Shown in pieces: positions 1-12,999 of a stretch of 64,000 nucleotides of DNA. A program made the position numbers and the translations under genes. How positions within the stretch are numbered: position 1 is the stretch's first letter; each line of letters starts with the position of its first letter. The DNA is from Eledone cirrhosa. Its lineage: Eukaryota. The notes beneath the pieces were generated by a model. The model was not told the DNA's origin. It made no database searches and saw only the letters and a program-made list of their open reading frames with translations. The DNA is taken from positions 116,250,001 to 116,314,000 of the forward strand of contig OZ024740.1 of assembly GCA_964016885.1 (NCBI GenBank), written 5' to 3'.

Positions 1-127
1 TTGGCATGTAAACAGAACTGCAGACACTAATGTGTCTGGGTATCACCCTTCATCAGTACAGCTCACTGTTCCCCTGCCAACTTCCAGAGCTAGTGAAAAT
101 ATATACGATTTTAGAAAATATACAATG

Positions 128-232
128 ACTGATCGGCCTGATTTGCATATTAGCAGACTGGCTGATCAGTCAGATCTGCATATTAGTAGATCCACTGATC
201 AGCCAGATTTGCATATCAGCAGACTGACCAGT
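128..232 (+). repeat. 33-bp tandem repeat x3 containing octamer-like ATTTGCAT
   Basis: ATTTGCAT at 141, ATCTGCAT at 174, ATTTGCAT at 207 (period 33); ORF 32..256 shows an 11-aa repeat. Confidence 0.8.
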
Positions 233-299
233 CAGTTTCCTGTATACGAGCCATGAATGGCCGGCTTTGTCACGTTCATATTTAAAAAAAAAAAAAAAA

Positions 300-1062
300 T
301 TATTCTTTTATTTTTTTATTTTATTTTATTATTTTATTTTATTATTTTATTTTTTTATTTTATTATACAATGATGGCAATATGAAAAAGACATAACAAAA
401 TTAAGTAATGAAAAGAGTGGGAAAGCGGGTAAAGAAGGGCAGATCTAGCTGTATAGGAAAGGTCTATAAATACCATAAATGAGAGGAAAATGAGGGACAA
501 AGCAGGGAATGTTAAGCAAGGGAAGAGAGGGAGAGGGAATGGGAGAGAGTGATGGGCTCTATGCCAAGGGTAAGGTGGTGTTTTGGCTGCGCTCCACGGA
601 CAAAATTGCAAAAACATTTCCACTTTAAATGTTCAGCACCAACCACCCCACCTCATGGTCCTCCTTCATCAGACGGGCAGCTGACGCTCCAATTTTACAG
701 ACCTCAGCAGTACGGGGTCCGAGGAGTCCAGAGGTCTCGACGGCGACCGGTGCGAAGAGAAAGCGGCTGGACAAACCACGGTATTTGCTTGTCCTCCTTT
801 CCTCTGCATTGCGGGCCGCAGTACCGGGGTTTGTGGCCGAAGCGACTAGTTGGAGGCGGATAACGTGTCACAATATTTGGCGTCCCAGATGAGGCATTTA
901 CCTCCTTCGAATGCGAGGAGGGTAATTCCGCTGGGGTGCTTTCCGTCTCCGCGGTCGAGGCCTACTGGCTCCAATTGAGATGAGAAGTCAGTGGTATCCA
1001 GGCTCCTTCTGGATCGTTGTGAGCAGCATGTCGGTGGAACCGGCCTGCGCTCTGGCATCCGA
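300..1062 (-). mobile_element. 3' fragment of CRE-like non-LTR retrotransposon (RLE domain, 3' UTR, A-rich tail)
   Basis: Minus-strand peptide LEPVGLDRGDGKHPSGITLLAFEGGKCLIWDAKYCDTL, then FAPVAVETSG, resembles the CRE-type restriction-like endonuclease C-terminus; TTTA-rich tail at 300-365. Confidence 0.65.
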
Positions 1063-1165
1063 TATACAACACCTACAGACACACACATACACACACACCA
1101 CAAACACACACACACACATATATATACATATATACATATATATACATATATATATACATATATAT

Positions 1166-4100
1166 ATTATTATTATTATTATTGTTATTACTCTTTGAGT
1201 CTCAGTCATTGATGTTAGTTAACTGGAAAGTTTGTTGAGATGAATATCAAGCCACTACCTGCAGCCTCAGATATTCAGGACGTATCGGAAGGTTCTTGCT
1301 GTTCCCAGCAAGCATGCCTTTTGAAGCGTTCCAAAAAGCGTGAGGGGGCCAATTTTCGTTAACCATCCCTGGAAACTTTTTGAGATAGTCCCTAGTGCGC
1401 CTATGACAATCGGGATCACTTTGACTTCATGGCAGTTCCAAATCCTTTTTACCTCCCACTTTAAGTCCTGGTATCGGTTAATTTTCTCCCTCTCCTTCTC
1501 TTGCACTCTCGTGTCGAATGGGCAGGCCACATCCACATTCAGGCACGATCTTTTTTCTTTGTCCAAAACCACCAGGTCAGGTCTATTGTGTTCCAGTTTC
1601 TTGTCCGTCTGTATCCTAAAATCCCACAGCACCTTCACCTGATCGTTGTCTATCACCGCCTCTGGCTTATGCTCATACCACTTCTCAGAATGTGGTAAAT
1701 TGTTTACTTTGCATAGGTGCCAGTGGATCACCCTGCCCATCAGATCATGTCTCCAGCCCTTATAGTGAGTCTGGGCTAGGTGTTTACACTCAGATACAAT
1801 GTGATGCACAGTCTCCTCTCTCTCTCTCCACAGATCCTGCACAGTGGGCTAGCCTCCTCCTTGTAAATGTGGTGTTTCAACCACTTCGTTTTGAGAGCTT
1901 GCTCCTGCGCAGCCATTAGCATTCCTTCTGTAGCCTTTTTAAGGTCTCCTCTTTTCAACCAGTTCCATGTCTGTGGATCTCTAAATTCAGTTTTCTCAAA
2001 GAAGGTACTATGAAGGGATTTTTCCTGAAGGCTGCTCTTTCTCCTTGATGTTATTTCCTCCATGGACATCCCCTGGCCTATTGTCCCCTCCTTCAGTACA
2101 GCTCTGAGCATTGGCTCCTTACTATCAGTCACGTATTTGTGTAGGTTGTTTTTCTCCATCTGAACACAGTCCTCTATGCTGATAAGACCTCTTCCACCCT
2201 CAGATCTCCTTAAGTAGAGTCTATCGACATCACTCCTCTTGTGGAACATATTGTAAATAGTCAATAGCTTCCTAGTCTTCCTATCCATTTCTTTTTGTTC
2301 AGCAGCATTCCATCTCAGAATTCCCGCACTGTACCTAATAATAGACACAGCTCGGGAATTTACTGCACTTATGGCATTCCTACTGTTCAGATGTGACTTC
2401 AATACGCTCCTTATTCTCCGAATGTATTCAGTTCTTAACAATTCCTTCATTTTTTTTTTCTTGATGTCATCAGCCTCCAGAACGCCCAAATACTTGTATC
2501 CTTCTTCAGAGTCAATTTCTTTTATCATCTCACCTGTTGGTATCTGGATTCCGTTACTTCTGCTCAACTTACCCCTCCTCATCACAATGACTCCACACTT
2601 ACTAATACCAAATTGCATACATATATCATTGCTGAAAATACGGACAGTGTCAACAAGCACATCCAACTCCTTCTCACTCTTCCCGAAGAGGTTAAGATCG
2701 TCCATGAAGAGGAGGTGATTGATGGTAAGCCCTCCCTTTCCCAACCTGTATCCTGCTCTCACTTTTCGCAGTACACTGGTCAGGGGCATCAGGGCAAGGA
2801 CAAACAACAGAGGGGACAGACTATCTCCCTGGAATATACCTCTCTTGATCTTCACGCTTCCCAAGGATTCTCCAGTTGATGTTAACTCTGTTTCCCAGGA
2901 CTTCATACTTTTGCCCAACAACTGCCTGATGTTATCTGCCACCTTGAAGATCTCCAGGCTTTTGGTGATCCAAGAATGAGGCACCATGTCAAATGCCTTT
3001 TTGTAGTCTATCCATCCCATGGCAAGAGCAGTGTGTCTCCTCTTGCAATTCCTCATTACCATCTTATCAATAAGTAACTGGTCCTTTGTACCACGTGACT
3101 TCTTTCGGCATCCTTTCTGTTCGTCCGGTAACAAGTTTTTTGTGTGGAGGTGATGGTAGATTTCCTCAGACATAATGCTTGTCAACAGTTTCCACATTAC
3201 GGACAGACATGTGTTATGTCTATAGTTGGTAACATCATTATCCTTGATTCGGTCTTTCATTATCAGAACTGTGGTACCCTTTGTCAACCACTCTGGTACC
3301 CTTTGTCAACCACTCTGGTACCTCACCTGACATCAAGCAGTCATTGAACATGGTTGTCAGTTTCGGGTGGAGGGATGTTATGTTTTTAATCCAATACCCC
3401 TGCACACCATCTGGGCCAGGTGATTTCCAGTTGGTTAGTTTTTTGGCCTGCCCCTTAAGAGTTTCAACTGTGATACTCAAATCAGTTTGTTGGCGTGCCT
3501 GTTCACTGATCTCCTTCTGTACTGTCTCAATCCACACTGCCTGGTCATTATGTTTAACATCCTGATCCCATATTCCTCTCCAGAATGTTTTAGTTTGTTC
3601 CGCCTCGGGGATCAAGTCGTTGCCTCTTTCTTTCCCTTCAAGCTATCCAAACAGCATCTTCTGGTTGTTGTCGAACATGCGGTTCTGTTTATACTAGCTG
3701 ACTCTGTTCTCGTATCGCCTGATTTTTGCACTTTTCGCTACAATGCGTTGTTTCAGTTCCTCTATGATAATATTTAGCTTTTTCCTCCTAGTTTTGTACT
3801 TTATTTCCAGTCTATTTTTAGTGTCTATGTTTTTTAGTGTCCCATTCAGTAGCGACTCAAGCTTTCCAATGTCATTTCTCATTTCCCTGATTTGACCACT
3901 CAGTCGTTTCTTCCACCAAGGCTCTGCTCTTTCTTGTCTGTTGTTTCCTCTCGCTTTTATACCAAGTAGTTTCCTCACCGTATTTGCTGTTGCTTTGAGG
4001 ATATTGTTGCACTGGTGAAGGCTCCTCGCCTCAAGTTATGGGATGATTTTGTTTACCTTAGCTGTTGTTTCTTTTAACTTTTTCCTGTCTACAAATCTTA

Positions 4101-4840
4101 GGTTAATAGGTCTCCCACTATCATTGTTCAATTCATCTACCACTAAGTTTAGGATATCTACCAAATCTTGTCCTAGCCCGTCAGCATTCATCTCCTCAGT
4201 GGCCGTATCTCTGTTCCAGGTATTATTTATCTCAGCATTCAGATCATTGTCTGTTTCGGGTGGTTCCTCCGTTCTCTCGACCTCTTCACCTTCATTTCCC
4301 ACTGGCTCGTTTGCCTGGCATACTCCACCCTCCATCTCCAAGCTAATCTCTCTGCCCAGTTCCTCCAGTTCCAGCTCGCTTATCCACGCATTAGTTCTTA
4401 TTACCCGAGCCTGCCTGGCCAGTTTTTGTTCATCTAATTTAAATGGACCAATCTCGTTCCAGATGTTATGCATCCTTTTCCTATAGCCTTTACCCTTGGG
4501 GTTACTCTTCAGGTAACATTGCATAACAGTTCTATTCAATTCTTTCGTCCAGTTGGTTCTGGTCCCTTTCCTTGTTCTTCTTCCTCCGATACCAGCAGTA
4601 TTTGGTTGACAGCCAGGTCCCTGCTGCTGAGCCAGGGAGCACCTGTTGGGTGAGAGTCTGTCACATGACATTCTAGTCTCCATTTCACCGTTATTCGAAC
4701 TGTTTAGGTTCGACATTTAAACACTCTTATCGAGGATTGGCGAATGTATGGTTACATAACCACCGGTGAATTACTTGTCTCCGGTGGTTTCGTCACTCCA
4801 CGTGACTTTTGTGTGGCATTATCACGCTGTAGACGAACCC
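1166..4840 (-). mobile_element. R4/Dong-clade non-LTR retrotransposon, near full length, decayed
   Basis: Single broken ORF with RT and C-terminal CCHC/RLE; 3' UTR ends in (TAA)n at 1166-1190; its 3' part nearly matches the copies at 21950-23330. Confidence 0.9.
1267..4716 (-). pseudogene. R4/Dong RT-RLE polyprotein, frameshifted into ORFs 4716-4036, 3978-3694, 3615-3238, 3287-1776, 1842-1267
   Basis: KSPGPDG, WIDYKKAFDMVPH, IFQGDSLSP, HLLFMDD, YKYLG; CRICG..ETVHHIVSEC; RHD; RPDLVV..DVACP..EKINRY. Confidence 0.9.
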
Positions 4841-5047
4841 AAACAAACAAACAAACAGGCAGAAAAAAACCCCAAAATGAATAAGCATAAGTTTCATTGT
4901 AATGTAGTGTTTGAATGTCTGACTTAGTTTTTCCCTTCCCTTCTCTGTCCGTCCGTTTGTTTTTCTCTTCATTTTTATTTCCTTTACGTTTTCGTTCGTT
5001 GTTGCTGTGCTGCTTTGATTTTTATTTATTTTTTTTTTTTTTTTAAT

Positions 5048-6349
5048 TTTGACCGGGTCATCAATTCAGTCTATTTATATATTTTGATGTTTTCCTCTTT
5101 TAGTGGGAATTCTACAATTTAGCAGCGGATAGCGGGAGAGAATAGCGGCGGTAGTGATACTGAGGCAGCGGCGGGAGGGGGGGGGGGCTGTGCTAGCAGC
5201 AACTAGCAGGAGGTAGTGGGAGGGAATAGCGGCGGTAGCGATAGTGAGGAAGCGGTGGTGGTGATGTGGTCGTATTACTGTAGTGATGGTGTTGAAGTTA
5301 GAGTAGAAATTTGAGTCGACTTGACCAGAGTTTTCATCGTGGTAGTGGTGGTGGTATTGGTGGTGAAATTATCTTTAGTGAAATTATCGTTAGTCGCGTA
5401 TATGTGTTGACATTTACCCATAATATTGGGGTTAAACATTTTGTTAAAACTAAAACTTGATTTAGATTATTGTTTTTTTTTTATTTTTATTTTGATCGGG
5501 TCATCAGTTCAGTCTATTTATATATTTCGATGTTTTCCTCTTTTAGTGAGAATTCTACAATGTAGCAGGGGGTAGCGGGAGAGAATAGCGGCGGTAGTGA
5601 TATTGAGGCAGCGGCGGCGGTGGCGGTGCTGTGCTAGCAGCAACTAGCAGGAGGTAGTGGGAGAGAATAGCGGCGGTAGCGATAGTGAGGCAGCTGTGGT
5701 GGTGATGTGGTCGTATTACTGTAGTGATGGTGTTGAAGTTGGAGTAGAAATTTGAGTCGACTTGACCAGAGTTTTCATCGTGGTAGTGGTGGTGGTATTG
5801 GTGGTGAAATTATCTTTAGTGAAATTATCGTTAGTCGCGTATATGCGTTGACATTTACCCATAATATTGGAATTAAACATTTTGTTAAAACTAAAACTTG
5901 ATTTTGATTATTGTTTTTTTTTTTTGTTTTTTTTTTATTTTGATCGGGTCATCAATTCAGTCTATTTATATATTTCGATGTTTTCCTCTTTTAGTGAGAA
6001 TTCTACAATGTAGTAGGGGCTAGCGGGAGAGAATAGCGGCGGTAGTGATATTGAGGCAGCGGCGGCGGTGGCGGTGCTGTGCTAGCAGCAACTAGCTGGA
6101 GGTAGTGGGAGAGAATAGCGGCGGTAGCGATAGTGAGGCAGCGGTGGTGGTGATGTGGTCGTATTACTGTAGTGATGGTGTTGAAGTTGGAGTAGAAATT
6201 TGAGTCGACTTGACCAGAGTTTTCATCGTGGTAGTGGTGGTGGTATTGGTGGTGAAATTATCTTTAGTGAAATTATCGTTAGTCGCGTGTATGTGTTGAC
6301 ATTTACCCATATTATTGGAATTAAACATTTTGTTAAAACTAAAACTTGA
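5048..6349. repeat. ~445-bp tandem repeat x3
   Basis: Units begin TTTGA(C/T)CGGGTCATCA at 5048, 5491 and 5938; highly similar bodies. Confidence 0.9.
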
Positions 6350-6768
6350 GGCAATAGTAATAGTAATTATTATTATTATGCTGAGATTGGTGGTGGTGGT
6401 GGTGAAATTGCTGTAATCGGGCTGTTGTGTTTAGTGTACACAGAGGGGTGATGGGGTAGGTTGTGTATCTAGTTTCTGATGTTGGTGAAATTGCTGTTAT
6501 TTGGCTGTTCTATATAGTGTAGACAGAGGGGGTTTCCTTCCATTTATAACCATTTTCTTTTTGAATATAAAATGTATAATACAAAATTGAATATTTGAGC
6601 GATATAACAATATATTGTGGATCCGAATATTTTGGGACTCAAGCTGGATGTTTTATGCAACATTTGTACTAAGAATTGTTATTTCACAATTGATTTAAAT
6701 ATGTTAAAAAATCAAAACTTACGGGAGCGATTTCTCGACCTTCTATCCACCATGTGTGTCTTCTTCCC

Positions 6769-6806
<38 letters not shown>

Positions 6807-7014
6807 GGCGACCTACGTAGTAAATCGTATCATCGTGAGCTCCGCAAAGGTTTGTTATTTCCGTTTGTTAAAAATTGCCATTTATGGAACATTTTTATTG
6901 TTAACTATATATAAGCGCACATACATTGTTTTCCGAAAAGGACACCCAAAAAGATTGGGGCCTTGTGCCCAAAATTTAAACTTTTATGATTATCAAAAAA
7001 TTTCTTTTAAAAAA

Positions 7015-8992
7015 ATGGCTAATTCACCTCTGCACCAAGCAGCTGAAAGCCTTCCTCACAAATTAACACCTCACACCGACACCACCATTGTAAATGTTAC
7101 TACGTTTGCCAACACTAAAAAAAAGATAAGCAGTAGCAATATTTTAAATTTGTCTCAGGCAGACATTCATTTCCCGCCATTACCAATGACTGCAGGTGTT
7201 AAAGCCGCCACCACCACCACCACCACCGCGACAACCACCACCCCCACCACCACCGCGACAACAGAAACAAAAGGAAAAAAAATATCAACTCGTGATGTCC
7301 TAATATTTTCAACCAAAATGGACTCTCCCAAACCGACTTTCAATGACGTCACCACCACCACAACTGAAACTAAAATTAATAATAACAAAAATAACGATAG
7401 CAACAACATCAACAATGACATTAAAAAAACCACCCTGAGTTTTGCCAGAGTAGCAAAACAGTTCGAAGCATTTACGGTAACTCAGGAGGATTTAGAAAAT
7501 GGCAAACAAATGGTAAAGAAAGATGGGTACAGGGTCAGCCCGCCCCCCCTCCCCCACCTAATAAAATGGAGCATCGGCGCCTATGCACCGTGTCGTATCG
7601 AACAATAAATGTAAAATCGCGCCGAGTGGAACGGGCATCCGAGTCCCAAATCCAAAAAGCTTTGGGACATGTGTGGGCAATAAAAACCCACATCAGACGT
7701 GGGCAGAAGTATGGAACCGTGGACGTGTTCTTTGAAACACCAGAGGAGGCTAGAGAACACTCCATGGCCCCATTAAGAAGTGACGACTTCACACTCGTCC
7801 CAAGCTATTGTGGCCAGAGACTCGTAAAGATCACGTTCCACCGGCCATCGAAATTCCCTGGCTAATAGCGGCCGTCCTCACCGGCATCGAAGCCAACAAA
7901 GATAATAGCAATAGCAAAAGAAAAGCAGAAGAACTGGTCCGGATCTGGGATGGAGCTCCTGATCCAAGCGGACCAAAAAAGCATTGAGGAGATCCCAGAG
8001 GTAATAGACCTCACTGACGGCAGCCACCTCACAGTAATTGTCGAGGGCAGAAGGCCTAGGTGTGTCGTTTGTGGTGAAGGAACCCACCTAAGGGATTTCT
8101 GCCCTCAGGCTAAAAGGTTGAGGCCACCTCTCCTACCCACCCCAGTGACACAACCATCAACACCACCAGTAGCAGAGATGGCAGCAAAAACTGTAGGAGC
8201 AACAACAGAAGCAACTATAACAGCAACAACCCCAGCAACAGTAGCAAAACCAACACCACCACCACCAGCAAAACCAACACCACCACCACCCAACGCTTCA
8301 GAACTAGCACCAGCGCCTACACCATCCACCACGCCACAACCAAAACTAACGCCTGTGGAGGATTTTCCACTCCCCGGCCTATCACAACTGGAGACAGATT
8401 GTGACGACGAGGAGTGAGAAACGGTATCAGGAAAAAAAAAAGAAACCAAAAAAGAAAAAATTCTCTTCCTTCCCCCTCCAAAAACAAAATACAGAGGGAA
8501 ACAAATAAATTAACAAACAAAAAAGTTAGGACAGATATGCCACCATCCACACCAGCATCACCAATCCCATCAACCCAAACACCAACACCATCATTAACCC
8601 CAACACCACCATCACCTACACCACAAAAGTCACCAAAATGCGAAACAGAAACAAACCCACAACAAACGCAAACAAAACAAAACAACCAAAACGATACACA
8701 CTACACAGCATTAAATTTGAACAACAAGCAATTATTACACTACATCCAACACAACACCAGCATCACAGAAAAAGACTACACAACAACCCAAAATTCCACA
8801 CCACCTCCACACATTCAAATCACTCGCATCACACAGAAAACGTACATGACACTAAAACAAAAATTCCCCAAAGACATCGGAGACTTCCGACAAGCACTCT
8901 CCAGGAGGATTTATAAGGACATCCTTCCTGAGGAGGCCACAAGCAGTGAAAAGGATGGAAAAACCTTCCTTCCCCCACGAGAAGTAAGGTAA
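7015..8992 (+). pseudogene. Tx1 ORF1 (gag-like, CX2CX4HX4C knuckle, Pro/Thr-rich), frameshifted
   Basis: VIVEGRRPRCVVCGEGTHLRDFCP in ORF 7950..8417; split across several ORFs directly upstream of ORF2. Confidence 0.7.
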
Positions 8993-9026
8993 GTGGTCTT
9001 TCCCATCTTTTCCACTCCTTTTCAAC

Positions 9027-12000
9027 ATGACCTCACTCAGAATAGGCAGCATAAATGCGCGTGGCTTGGGGTCGTCATGGAAGCAGGGCCACCTGCTCAA
9101 CGACCTCAGGTCACTAAACATAGATGTAGTGGCCATCAGCGAGACCAGAATCTCCAAAGCACGGGCCTTCGCACCGATCTTCGGCGGCTACGATGTGTAC
9201 GCATCTCCCAGCCGTCCGGGATCGGGGGGAGGAGTTGCTGTGCTTTTTCGGAGAGGTTTGGATCTTGCCCAGAAGGTAAGTTGGTGGTGCTGGACGTGAC
9301 TAGCGGAGAAGGGCGGCATGATTTCTTCCGGCGTCTGGAGACCTTTCTTGGAACGTCCCGCTCTTTAGTGTTAGTGGGCGACTGGAACGGGATCTTAGAT
9401 GCACGCTGGGATTGTGTGGGATTAGTGGATAGGGAAGGAGGGTGCAAGAGTCTCACCAACCTGCTCAGGCGTGTTGAACTGTCTGACAGGTACCGAATGG
9501 ATTTCCCGAATGTACCAATGTGGACTTGGACAAATCGCATAGGGTCATCCAGATCATATCTAGATAGAGTATTTTGTAGGGAAATAGATAGGTCTAGCAT
9601 AGGCTGTGCACAATTCAAGATAGTCAGCTACACGGACCACAAATTCGTGATCTGTGTGCTTGACTTAGATAGGCTTCATAGACGAGGACCCGGCTACTGG
9701 AAGCTAAACGCGTCCTTACCAGCGCGCAAGGCCTACAGAGACCGGATTAGCGAACTAGTTAAGCGGGCGTTGACGGGGGCCATCGTCAACAACAAGTGAT
9801 GGTTTGCTCTGAAAAGAGCAATTAGAATAGAGTCCATTAGGTTTAGTAAGGCTTTAGCAATAGAGAAAAATAGAGCAGAGGGAGAATTAGTTAGAAAATT
9901 AGACGAGGCGCTTAGCAAAGGCATTGCGACCGACGTGCTTGCGGCGAAATTAGCCCTTGACCAATTCTTCAATGCAAAGCACGAAGGCTGCGTTGTCAGA
10001 GCTAGGGTGCGTGCTCTCAGACACGAGGGGACGAAAGCCGTTCAATGGGCCCGAGTGGCGGAGGCGCGTCGTGGCAATAAAGCCACGATCCGGTCTTTGG
10101 TGGACCACGACGGGCGCATGCTACTCGATCCCGGGCAAATGTGTGAAGCTTTTCAGCGACACTTCGTTCAACTGTTCGGGGGCAGTGGCGGGCCGGATCG
10201 AGGGATGGACTTTAGTGTCTACCTCGATGGACTGCCGCGGCTTTCGGCCACTGAGGCGGAGTGTTGCAAAAAGCCGATAACAACCGCTGAAGTACGGGAG
10301 GCAATGACTGGCTGCACAAGGGGTAAATCGCCTGGTTTAGATGGTCTGCCCTATGAACTTTACGTACAAATGCCAGACTTTTTCGGAGGCCTCTTGGCGG
10401 ACGTCTACTGCAACTGGCAACAGAACGGGAGAATTCCCAGCTCTGTGAGCCGAGGAGCGGTGGCGCTGCTGAGAAAGTATGAGAACAAGGGGGATAACAT
10501 AGATAATTTTAGGCCCATAACTCTGCTAAACACAGAGTTCAAGATTTTGGCCAACGTGCTAGCAAAGAGGTTGGCGCTTGTCGTTGGTGGTTTGGTGGCA
10601 GAGGCACAGACATGCGCCATTCCCGACAGATCCATCCACGACAACCTCCACCTCATGCGATACATCGTAGAGAGGGTAGCTAGGGAACCTGGCACGGATG
10701 GGTCTTTGATCAATTTAGATCAGTCGAAAGCCTTCGATAGGGTCGACCATCGTTACCTAGCGGCAGTCCTGAGGGCGGCTGGCTTTGGGCCCGTCTTCAG
10801 AGGCTGGATCGCTGCCATGCACAGCGACATCTGCTCTGTAGTGAGAGTGAACGGTCACCTTTCGGAACCGTTTAACATCATGCGCTCGGTCCGCCAAGGA
10901 TGTCCCCTCTCGTCCCTCTTGTACGTATTGACTCTCGAGCCATTACTGCACAAACTGGAGACGTTGAGGGGAGTCCCGCGCGAACTACGATGCGGAAGAT
11001 CCGTGTCAGCATATGCGGACGATGTCACCGTAGTGGTGTCGAACGCCAAACACATCGAGGCGATCGGCACTACACTAAGAGAATACGAAGCGGTGACAGG
11101 AGCAATGATCAACCAGGAAAAGTCAGTGGGCCTGCAGCTCGTCACCTGGAGAGGCAGGTCCATGCCGTCCAACAGCGTCGTCGGGCGCTGGACGGACGGA
11201 CCGGTTAAATTGCTAGGGGTCTGGTTCGGTCCAGACCTCCAGACGGACAAAAACTGGGACGAGGTGACGAGCAGGGTGGCTTCTCTCACCCAGAAATGGG
11301 CGGAGAGGAAGCTATCCCTGAAAGGTCGAGCGGAGGTGGCTAACGCGTACATCGCGTCCGTCATCTACTACCGCCTGACCGTCGTACCTTGTCCTAAGCC
11401 CCGCCTGACTGCGCTGGAGCGTTTGCTCTTTCGCTTTTTGTGGAAGGGACGTGCTCCGATGGTCAGGCGGTCCATCTGTTGTCAACACCCGCTACGTGGA
11501 GGGCTGGGTATGCCGTGGCTGATGATGCGCAGGCACGCGCTCAGGCTACGACATCTCCACCTCTTCCTCGACGGTGATCAGGTGTGGTCGCCGTTTGCTA
11601 GACACGTTTTTCCCCAGCTCGTCTCCTTGACGGAGCTGCAGTCCTGGGTCAAGCGAAGACCAAGAGGGAGCGCCTGGAGACTGGAATGTCTTCAGGCGCT
11701 CACAGCCCTCGACCAATCGGGCAATGTGATCGGTGGAAACTCCACCTCGGCGTTCTATAGAGGATTAGTGGAGGGTAAGAGCGACGACGTACTTGGGGAA
11801 ACTCTAGGCGTCGACGAAAATCAACTAGCCAATCTCTTCGGAAGAACTTTCGGGCCAGGGCCTATGGACAACTTCCAGAAATCTCTGGCTTGGCAGTGCT
11901 ACCGAGGAACCTTGCCAGTTCGGTATAAACTCTACAGGCATGGAGGTGCCGTCAGCCGGGCATGTCCGAGATGCGCGCAGGGCGACGAAACCGTCCTGCA

Positions 12001-12380
12001 CGCACTCGTCCAGTGTCCGAAAATTGCTGACTTGTGGGTTTATGTCGAACACCTGCTGTCGCGTTTAGGACGGATCCAGCTATCAGCTGAGTCCATCGTG
12101 AGGATTGCCCCGCCCTCCTCCTTTTGCCGGGAAGGGCAGGCAGTTTTTATCTGTCTGGTGGCCATGGCGAAAGAGATAGTATGGTGGACACGTTTGAAAG
12201 GGCTGAAGACGAACACTTACCTCTTCGGTGATGCTCTGATTGACTTTTTCAAATTTCATTTGAAAAGGAAAATCAGGGTAGAGAGGGAAGTGCTCTCTTC
12301 CCAGCATTTTGTTGAAAGATGGGTGAGATAAGCAAAAATGGCCCGAGTGAATGAGCCTACTCTGAGTATATATCTGTAAA
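9027..12380 (+). pseudogene. Tx1 ORF2 (AP endonuclease + reverse transcriptase + C-terminal zinc motif)
   Basis: SINARGL..VAISETR, GDWN, SYLDRVF, TDH, YWKLN; KSPGLDG, DQSKAFDRVDH, RQGCPLS, AYADD; CPRC..ETVLHALVQC; frameshift ~9270, in-frame stops at 9797 and 12329. Confidence 0.92.
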
Positions 12381-12627
12381 TTAAAGGTGGAAAACTGGGA
12401 GAGGGCACTTGCCTTGGTGGTCAGGGTCATTGTGGCTTTTTACTGGGCTTTCTCCACAAATGTCCCTCCGAAGTCTCCCCCCTATTGGGGAATTTTTCAT
12501 TGTTATTTTTTGTTACATCCTCTGTTTTTGTTTTTACACGCAGAAATGCCCATTTGTACCGTCCTGCATTGTCCTGCACTGTCCTTAATGTCTACTTTAT
12601 GTAAACCCTTGTGGTTAATAAAGAAAA

Positions 12628-12658
<31 letters not shown>

Positions 12659-12728
12659 GTTATTATTATTATTATTATCATTAAAATATCGGAGGCCACC
12701 ATCAGTTGATTCAGGTTTATTTAAAACT

Positions 12729-12787
12729 CCGATATACATATTTCACTGAAGACTATCAGTTATGATAGCCTGAGCTCTTCGGACGGC
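12729..12787 (-). ncRNA. Type I hammerhead ribozyme motif (family A, left arm, CCGAAGA variant)
   Basis: Reverse complement: ccgt-CCGAAGA-gctcaggctatc..gatagtcttcagt-GAAA-tatgta-TA-tcgg. Confidence 0.6.
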
Positions 12788-12910
12788 AAAACCTATAATA
12801 ACTTAAAAACACCACACGGTCAGCAGTTCCTGTGTGTCAATTAAAGACATTTTTTAAATTTAAAAATTGTTTTGAGGAATTTTCAATGTTTTCAAGTTTT
12901 ATAGGTATGG

Positions 12911-12976
12911 CTGTCTGAAGAGCTCAGGGTATCAGGGTATAATAATTGATAGTCCTTAGTGAAATATGTATAACAG
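12911..12976 (+). ncRNA. Type I hammerhead ribozyme motif (family A, right arm)
   Basis: ctgt-CTGAAGA-gctcagg..ccttagt-GAAA-tatgta-TA-acag. Confidence 0.75.
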
Positions 12977-12999
12977 AGTTTTAAATAAACCTGAATCAA

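Larger units (their letters stand above)
6807..12680 (+). mobile_element. L1/Tx1-clade LINE, near full length, flanked by (TTA)n on both sides
   Basis: ORF1 with zinc knuckle, ORF2 APE-RT-CCHC, AATAAA at ~12617, (TTA)n at 6768-6806 and 12628-12680. Confidence 0.9.

Noticed and set aside
128-232. CRISPR-like array
   Set aside because: Contiguous tandem units with no unique spacers, eukaryotic context, no cas genes
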